Source: Eledone cirrhosa
Taxonomy: Eukaryota
DNA length: 64,000 nt
Assembly: GCA_964016885.1 (NCBI GenBank)
Contig: OZ024741.1
Span: forward strand, 206,274,001-206,338,000
Direction: 5' to 3'
Numbering within the stretch: the stretch's first letter is position 1; every line of letters begins with the position of its first letter. The translations under genes were made by a program, and so were the position numbers. Under the pieces are notes generated by a model. It saw nothing but the letters and a program-made list of their open reading frames with translations. It searched no databases and was not told the DNA's origin. Shown one piece after another: positions 54,035 through 64,000 of this stretch.

Positions 54035-56438
54035 CCTATGTATATTCATATATATATATATATATCTGTATGTTTATGTGTGTATGTGTGTGCCAGTGTG
54101 CATATGTGTACATACATAAAGGTATATATAATAATGAAATAGGGTACCATAGAACAATTAACCCCAGTGATTTACAGTAGATTAATGCCTTTATATTATA
54201 TCCACCACTAACTATAAAATATTGTTAAAGAACTGACACCCTCACGAAACAAAAAGAAGAAAGATTTATAGAAAACCAGAACCATGACAAAAAGAGAACG
54301 TGGATATGTTTAATATAAGACAATTACTAAATGCCAATGCGTCGTTAATGGGTAATAAAATGTTGGAAATATAAGTAATAGACATTAATTTTGTGTCTGG
54401 CAGTTTAATACAACTGACAGAAATTAAATGGAAAACGAAAATGGACTGCTAGGAATTTGATAATATAAACTATTACGCTTTTAAGTATATTAATCAGAAG
54501 AACAGTGAATATGATTTAACCTATTTTGTGCATACTTGATATTGCTATTGATATTGATATTGCTGATGCTGTCGTTGTTGTTGTTGCTATTGCATTTTAA
54601 ATACAGTTCAGCTCTAATTGAAACGAATTACGATAAATGACGTTTTCAGCGATTTCCGTTCCGGTGTTTTGTAATGTCCCACTGTGTTCTTTTTAAAACC
54701 TTTTTATAGTTAAGAATGGAAGGGCAGTGTCTAAGACATTCTCCGGGTCCTCTAAGATTGGTGAAAAGGAAGGACGAATGTATCCCCAAATCAGAGACCT
54801 ATTCTAAATGCTTACAGTTAAGTGAACTCCGTTAAATGGCGCCGAAAGCTCGGTGGAAGTATTAAAATAGCAACGGATTAAGTCAACTTCGCTGAGAGAG
54901 TAAAAAGCCAGAATAAATATCACTTGGAAAGTTAGTTTAGATGTTAATATTGCCGTTGTATTTTAATCACAGATCAGCCTTAATAGAGAAAAACCTCTAT
55001 ATGTCACTTTCAGCTATTAACATCGCAACAATTTTTCTATATAGGAATTTTGTTTGCTTCAGTCTATAGTGTGGAATTTAAGGTATTTTAGATCGTATTA
55101 CTTGAATGCGCATGGGTTAGTGGTTAGAGTATCGGGTTTAAATTGGTGAGGTTAAGAGTTCGATTCTTAGATCGGGCTTTGCGTTGTGTTCTTGAGCAAG
55201 ACACTTTATTTCGCGTTGGCGTGGAGAGGGGATACTGGTATGCATGGGCGACTGCTGGTCTTCCACAAACAACCTTTCCCGGTCATGTGCCTTGGAAGGG
55301 AACTTTCTAGGTGCAAATCACATGTTCATTAGTGACCGAAGGGGGTCTTTACCCTTTACTATTAGGTAGAACGACCATGAAGACGCTATTTCTGTGGCTC
55401 ATATTATTGTTGACCTATTACTAGTAGCATTCCAGTATAGAATACCCAACCTTTATTCAGATATATTGAATGTAGGATTCCACTATTGAATGACTTCTGT
55501 TGTTTTAAAATGTTAAAATGAGATTTGAATGAATGTGGCTGTTAATTCTAGCAGCTAAAGTGACTGCAGAGAGCTTTTCTGTCTGTCACATGTTGTTGGA
55601 AGTGATTGTTACAGTTGCTTTTGTTTAGTTCTAGCTTTTACCTACTTGCTATTTGTTCAAATAGTGCTACAAGAACCATATTATCAAATGTTTATCTCTA
55701 ATTTTAGATTGTAGGATATTACATGGAGAAAATTTGGCTGCTATGTATAGCAGGTGTAGCGACAGTATAATGACCACAATCCAGAAGATAATTTTGAATA
55801 TATTCTAATATGATTCCTACTATTAATTTTAGTAATAGAGACAATGAACTTAAATGTGCAGCTGTAGCTAACTTTCAAATTGGGTTTAGTAAATGTTTTG
55901 TGATATCGGTGTTTTGGAATGGTATTCCTGACTAAAAGGGAAATTATACCACTATATCTTTGGGTTATTTTAATTTAAAGTGACTCGTATCGGATCATTT
56001 AGTACGTAATGCATACATAAAAACCACTATTATCATTGTAATATCCAGCAGAGCTCTCTTGCCGTTATAGAAACGGCCTCTCAAATACAACCCCATGATT
56101 TCTACTTTGAATTAATACATGGTAGAATGTATTCCTACAAAATTCAAAAAAATACAGGAAGGCCGATGTTGGAATGCCTTTGATCAGAAAAGATATTCAC
56201 GATATAAAAGCTTACCTGTACCTAAACAACAGCCTTTTTAAGGTAACAGAAGGGGGATTTCAGTGTTTGTTAATATACTGCACTCACACATTTGTTTTTC
56301 TATGAGGTGCATATATATATTATGATGTCCATTTAAAACTAATAGCAATAAATTAATGGCAGACTAATGAGAATTCTGTCACAAACTGTAAATTTATGTA
56401 AGTGATCATTGAGGCATTTAATTTCATTACTGCACTAG

Positions 56439-56597
56439 GGCTTGGTGAACACAACCACAAGGATATGGTCCGAACGTGGAAGAGCCGAACTCCCATTGTC
56501 ATCGCCTCCATCTCTCTCGCCCTCCCCATCTCTCCGTATAGTGAGCAAATGGGGTCCCACGTGCTGGCCTCCCCACAGCCCCGGCGGACAGAATGCA
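56439..56597 (+). other. Possible 159-nt internal exon in unique GC-rich sequence
   Basis: TTTCATTACTGCACTAG|G acceptor and GCA|GTATGT donor. Length is a multiple of 3 and two frames are open, but I do not recognise the peptide. Confidence 0.35.
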
Positions 56598-57124
56598 GTA
56601 TGTATATAAATTTCACTAAATATTTTAGAGTATGGCTTTCAGATTCAGCTCTGAAAATGTTCCTAAAACTATCTAGTCGATGATTAGTTCTATAACTAGT
56701 TCTTTGCAATAAAAATACGATGTGTAAACATCAATTTTTATAGGTCATCGCCATCAAACGATACGATCAAAATATCGAAGATTTTAATGCTATTTGTTGT
56801 TGCCTATTAAAACACATTACAAATAAACACAAAAATGATTTTGTTCAGTCCATGATACAGCCAATATTATGATAAGTAATGAGTGTTACTAATGTCCAAA
56901 TTCAAAAGCGTTTTGGAGAGGCGGTTTAGATGTAAATAGCTAGAACTAAATGTGTAAAATTACACATTTGTCTATACGGTACGACATTAAATCACTTAAA
57001 TTAAACAAGTATTATATCAATTCATAGCGATAATTAGGTGTTGCTTACTTCATATTAATCGTAATCCACGGTATCTAATATTTACTTTACAACCTCACTT
57101 ATCTACCTATTTCATTCTCCACAT

Positions 57125-57178
<54 letters not shown>

Positions 57179-57204
57179 ATATATATATATATATATATAT
57201 ATAT

Positions 57205-58326
<1,122 letters not shown>

Positions 58327-58736
58327 TATATATATACTATATAAATGCCAATTTCTGTGTATCTATGTATCTGTGTATCTGTGTAATATGTGTATAACTT
58401 ATTGGCTCCTAAACTAGTGATGCGATTCTGATGAAACTTTACACACACGTTAAGAAGCAGGAATGGCTAATTGGATTTCAGAAGCAGGAATGGCTAATTG
58501 GATTTCCATAAAAATCAATACTTGAACCCCTGGGGACATATTTACAATGGATGAGGGAAGAGAAAGGGGGAAGAGGAGATACCACTACTGTATGTTAAAC
58601 CCTTCCTCCCATTTCTCCCCTTCCTCCTCTCACAACACTGTCCTCCAAAACGAGGCAACAACTTATTAGAAATATACATGAAGAAATTTCAAACAAAGGA
58701 GACTGAACAGATGTCTCTGTATATACATACATACAT

Positions 58737-58792
<56 letters not shown>

Positions 58793-58969
58793 ACACACAC
58801 ACACGCGCGCGCGCACGCACACACGCACACACATATATATATGTATATATATAGCGTCCGAAACGTTAAGACCCTCTTCCTGCTATATCAAGTGTTAACC
58901 TACTATATACCTTCCATATATTGTACCGATTGTGTTGTTATTTCTGTTTACATTTTACATATATACATA

Positions 58970-59600
58970 CCAAGATATTAATAAATGGAATCTATATTTA
59001 TAAAACCATATTTATTTTATTATATATAGTTCAAGGGCGACCAAGCCAATCTTGGTGCGCTTTCATCAGATAAAATACAAAATTTGTTTCATAAATAACG
59101 ACATACCCATGGAAATCAACCTTAACGGTTGGAAATTCGCTGGATAGTAACTGTTGAGTGCTCTATATTAGTTATAAACATTTGTTTGTCGGAACTCCAA
59201 CAAATTAAATATAATTTCTACATATATATATATATATATATATACGATATTAAACAAATGGAAACTATATTTATAAAACCATATTTATTTCATTATACAT
59301 ATTTCAGGGATACCATATTAAAAATATGGCATGCCTTCTTCAGATAAAATACAATATATAAGCAGTTTTATAAATAAATTTGACGTACCATAAAATATTG
59401 ATCAACTTCCATTTAAAAAAGTTGGTTTGCCATATTTTTAATATGGTATCCCTGAAATATGTATAATGAAATAAATATGGTTTTATAAATATAGTTTCCA
59501 TTTGTTTAATATCGTATATCTACTCCAAAACTTGTTGAGTGCTTTATATCAGTTATAAAATATTTACTCGTTGTAACCCAACAATTTTAAATAAAACTTT

Positions 59601-59605
<5 letters not shown>
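58970..59605. repeat. Two adjacent HHR family C units with inverted arms
   Basis: HHR-like motifs on the - strand at 59013-59077 (GAAA>GAAC) and 59286-59351. An inverted 3' half lies at ~59428-59518. Confidence 0.75.
59286..59351 (-). ncRNA. Type I hammerhead ribozyme (family C, intact core)
   Basis: Minus strand reads TATTTTAT-CTGAAGA-AGGCATGCCATATTTTTAATATGGTATCCCT-GAA-ATATGTAT-A^ATGAAATA. Confidence 0.8.
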
Positions 59606-59635
<30 letters not shown>

Positions 59636-60779
59636 AGGGTTGACGGACCCACCATATTTATCAATGCCAGTACCGGTTGTATCTCAGCGCACTCAATGGG
59701 CAATGTAAGATACACAAAGTTATTTGCCTCAACACAACACACGTAAAACGGGTGCCTATACGGTTCCCGGACTCGAGTTTCTGCCGCACTAATGCATCAG
59801 TAAGGTGCACTGCTCCATCTGTCTGCATATATTATGCAACAGTGCACAATCGGTTTATGCGGCTTCTTCAGCGCGTATCGCCTAATCAATAACCAATCGA
59901 TCGACAGAATCCAATATATATATATATCACATTCCTAATATGGATTCTGAACACATGTACACGCTTAGGTCACGTTAAGGTGAACTGCAGGAATCGGTGA
60001 CAAGTTACAAAAAAGTGTGATGATCAATGACCTGGAAGTTGGCTTACCATGAGATTAGTCCAAAGAATAAAACCCAAATAGTATGTTGATGAATATTCCT
60101 ACTCCGGGCATTTTAATTGTAATATATCGTCTTTGAGAGTAGAGTTTATTTTGTCCCTATTTCGAGGTGTCGGATCGTGGGAAGATTAACACGAATTAAG
60201 AAAATGTAACGTCTCCCCCATTATTGACACTTTGCAACAGTGAAGGTTACAAGGCACTCTTTAGGGCCAATACTTCTGATTGTTTATCCGACTTATTAGG
60301 GTGTGTTTTCTCGGGTTATGTCTACTGCGGGAAGGTTTTATTAAATTGCTTTAGTCATTCGAAGGGCTTTACAAACGTTGATATACAGGGTGCTTGAACA
60401 GTACCTGAATATGTTCATTCGGTTATAACTTCTTCAATAAATGCGATGACTTCCTCAATTGTTCTGTGTTTGTTCTTGAGCGCTAAGGCAGTAAGTTTGC
60501 TATTCATATACATAAGTTTGTTGAGTAAGTTCGATACTCTTCGAGTTCAAACTTCCCCGGCTTATTCACTCTGAATGAAGAAAGCTGGATGGAAGAAGGA
60601 CTTATGCCTTAAACAGCTATTGATAGTTCCACATAAGAAAATTGGTCTACCATAAACACACCTAGCAAAGGTTGCTATTGAAAATCAAGTATGGGCACCC
60701 TGGGTTGCTAGCATTTTCAGGCGCATTCTGGGAACTGCGAATAACCCCACCTTTTCCGGGTCAACAATTTCAGTGGAGG

Positions 60780-60940
60780 AGAAAGTTGATTAAATCGACC
60801 CCAAATCGTTACTGGTACTTTATTTTATCGACACTGTAAGGATGATAGGTAAAGCTGACCTCGCAGGATTTGAACTCAGACCGTAAAGGGGCATAACAAT
60901 ATATCGCAAAGCATATTGTTTAAGGCTCTACCGATAATAA
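60780..60940 (-). mobile_element. Diverged tRNA-derived SINE
   Basis: ACTGGTACTTTATTTTATCGAC..GGATTTGAACTCAGA. Confidence 0.75.
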
Positions 60941-61131
60941 TAAGCAATGTCTTAGGTAGTTTCCACGAGATTTCGTAGTCACTAAAACAGTCCATATACA
61001 ATATGCGTGTAATGTACGGAGAGATTGCCGAACATACAGAGAGGCATATATACATATACGCATACATACACACATATAAATACATATATACATACATAAT
61101 ACATACTAACACATACGCAAACATATATATA

Positions 61132-61214
61132 TATATGATGTCCCTAAAAAATGTATACATACTTCAAAAGCATCCTAATCAAAGGGTATATACATTTTGG
61201 GGGACACCCTGTAT
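61132..61214. mobile_element. Tiny Tc1/mariner-like MITE remnant
   Basis: Imperfect TIRs (TGTCCCTAAAAAATGTATACA / TATATACATTTTGGGGGACACCCTGTA) with TA flanks. Confidence 0.5.
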
Positions 61215-61259
61215 ATATACATATATATATGTGTGTGCTTGTATATATATATATAAATA

Positions 61260-61722
61260 CATACACAAACACAATAACAACAAACACATATAAACACACA
61301 CTAGTAAACTAAGATAGAATACATTAACCAATACACAGTCATCCAAACAAGAACACACATCAAACAAAACACTATGCACACACGCAAACGCATGCGCAGA
61401 GAAGGCAAAACAAATAAACAAATAAATAAATAGACAGACTAAATAAAAATGGCGTAAGCATACAATGGAACGGGAGGAAACATAATAGCACCACTGACGA
61501 TGTTGCAGATGTGCAACGAAAGAACTTTGATAGACTGTGTTTGTGTCTATATTGTATCTGTACTTTTGACCGTTGGTCAGTCAATGGCAACATCGAGGAC
61601 CGAATAAATTAAATTAACCTATATAAAAGACACAGAAGCGAAAACCAACCAAACAGTGAGTGTGTTCTGTTATTAATTCTGGCAATATTATTACACAAAT
61701 ATGACCCTCCCCAAGTATAACA
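61260..61722 (+). mobile_element. Diverged PLE terminal repeat (family D) with HHR at 61491-61530
   Basis: CCA-CTGACGA-TGTTGCAGATGTGCAAC-GAAAGAACTT-TGA, ending ATGACCCTCCCCAAGTATAACAA + (TA)n as at 31048. Confidence 0.7.
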
Positions 61723-61742
61723 ATATATATATATATATATAT

Positions 61743-62692
61743 AATAGTCTTTTTCAAGACTATACAGAGCATTTGTAGTTGTCCCAAATTGAGGGTGAGT
61801 ATTTTAAACTTTGTTTTATCATGAGTTAAGGCTCTATTGATTTTTCCCTGGATTTCACTAAATTCTGTTGGATAAATCTATATCCTGATTCTTTTTGAAT
61901 TGAGTTTGATTTATTTTCCCCACATCTTACGTTAACTATTTTCCCATTTTGACGCTATAGCCACTTATATATTATGGAATACTTTCAATACAATACTTTC
62001 TATACCTTTCATTTATATATTTATACTCGGATTTCTTTCCTAGAGTGCTAAAATTATTTGTGACTAATCCCGGTATTTAAAAAAAAAAACCGCGATAATA
62101 TTGCTTTTTGCTGAACTCCTTATTGTAGAGTTTTTTCGGAATGTTTTTGACTGTTGTTTCATGTAAACAAACATTCGTCTCATTCTGACGTCACCAGCCC
62201 TGTTTTTCCACGTGTGCGTTTTATTTTCATAATCACGCATGATGTTAAACAAGCCTGCTTTTAAATTCCCTTTTTGGCATATTAATCAGTGAGAATTTGG
62301 CTATCGAGTTGAGCTCTGCTGAGGATCGAATTCCAACCGTGACCATCTCCACTGAAGGTTTTCGTGAAATAGTCATTTTCAAGACTATACAGAGCAGTTG
62401 TAGTTGTCCCAAATTGAAGGATGAGTATTTTAAACTTTGTTTTATCATGAGTTAAGGCTCTATTGATTTTTCCCTGGATTTCACTAAATTTTGTTTGATA
62501 AATCTATATCCTGATTCTCTTTGAATTGAGTTTGATTTATTTTTCCCACATCTTACGTGAACTATTTTCCCATTTTGACGCTATAGTCACTTATATATTA
62601 TGGAATACTGTTGGCTTCTTGCTACAATACTTTCTATACCTTTCATTTATATATTTATACTCGGATTTCTTTCCTAGAGTGCTAAAATTATT
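61743..62692 (-). repeat. Direct duplication of ~315 bp (61743-62059 and 62369-62692), possibly a decayed PLE RT/thumb region
   Basis: The two copies are near-identical. Minus-strand peptide fragments KKPT and LENDYFTKTFSGDGH loosely resemble the PLE YRKPT and F..NGY motifs. Confidence 0.55.
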
Positions 62693-64000
62693 ATATCTAT
62701 ATATCATGAGCTGTTTAGCGACTACGAATGCGGGCGGAAACTACCGAAGTTGTTGTTTATGATTTACATAGTAAGCTATGTACCTAAGACGAAGGTAGGC
62801 TGTAAATAAAATAAGAATAAAAAATAGTAATAATAATTTAACCACAATGCGCAGTTGTATTAATGTACCATAATTATAAATCGTTATAACCATATAAGTT
62901 TGGTTAGCTGGGCACGTACATGAGTGCATATATACATACACACGCATACACATAGGTACATTACATACATATAAATACATATATATTCACACACATACAT
63001 AAGTGCATACATACATGCTCATGCATACACATATGTAGATATACATATAAATACATATAAATCTACACACATACAAGAGTGAATACATACATATATATAG
63101 ATTTCGCTGTGACCTGTCTTTTTCTCTTCCCTTACTGCTATCCTCTTTCTCTCTCCCCCTTCTCTCTCCTTCTCCCTCTTACTTTCATTCACCCCCTCTG
63201 CTAGTCACCCTCTCTCAGCTAGCCTCTTCCTCACACTTTCACTCACTCACTCTCTACCACTCACCCTCTCTCTCACTTCCTCCATCGTCCCACGCCGTGC
63301 GTAATTCTTTTCTCGCTTACTTTCGCTTGGTTGGGATGTGCCTCTCGTCTTCTCGTCAATATTCGCAATTTCTTATTTTCAAATGAATCATTGACTTGAT
63401 TTTCTCATTTTTTCCTTTTTTTACGTTGCCTCACCATTTATGTTTATTTACCTGTCTCTCTTTCTCCACCCAATTCTTTTTATCCCAATAACTTATTTTA
63501 GTTATTATTCGCGCTAGCCTGAGGTATCTGGTCTTTAATGCGAAGAAATACCTATGATGGCTAGTAGATCACTAATGATGGATAGTCCTATTTCTAATTC
63601 TTCATTTTAATTTGTATATCACATCTGCAACCACACATCACGCCATTTTTCATTTCCATATACGTACATAGATATACACACATATACATATATATACAGA
63701 CAAAGGCACACACATGCATACATACCTAAGTACATACATGTATACATACATACAAATATATACATATACACACATGCATACATATATACACATATACATA
63801 CAAACCGACATACATACGCACTTACACTCAAACAAACATACATACATACATACACATACACACATACACACAAAACGTTCCTATACTGTATATCTCTCCC
63901 TATATAAATTCTTTGTCTCTCTGTCTGTCTGTTCCTATGCATTATCTAACGGCTGGACCAAAAGAAAACAAATTTTACAAGGTAATAAAAGACTCCGGAA

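Noticed and set aside
59950-60780. Possible decayed DNA transposase sequence
   Set aside because: No recognisable motif or sustained reading frame.

Overview
AT-rich eukaryotic, repeat-saturated genomic DNA, most likely cephalopod/octopus (inferred from the tRNA-derived SINE types and the very dense (TA)n/(CA)n/(TAGA)n microsatellites). I found no intact host protein-coding gene. The recognisable coding sequence all comes from decayed mobile elements: RLE-type (R4/Dong-like) LINEs, Tx1/L1-like LINEs, one Gypsy LTR element with both LTRs and a 4-bp TSD, Penelope-like element (PLE) RT and GIY-YIG fragments, Helitron and hAT fragments, and many SINEs. Four things stand out on reading the non-coding DNA. 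(1) There are more than 15 type I hammerhead ribozyme (HHR) motifs from about 7 sequence families, nearly all in short units beside (TA)n tracts. (2) One family is a ~410-420 nt ORF-less, tandemly permuted HHR unit that resembles a non-LTR retrozyme. (3) Many insertions are fold-back palindromes, one carrying two intact divergent HHRs. (4) One SINE copy has a strand-specific A-to-G excess with an ADAR-like sequence context. A possible promoter/first exon (~41.4 kb) and a possible internal exon (~56.5 kb) hint at a + strand host transcript. All alignments, counts and RNA folds were done by eye and coordinates may be off by a few bases.
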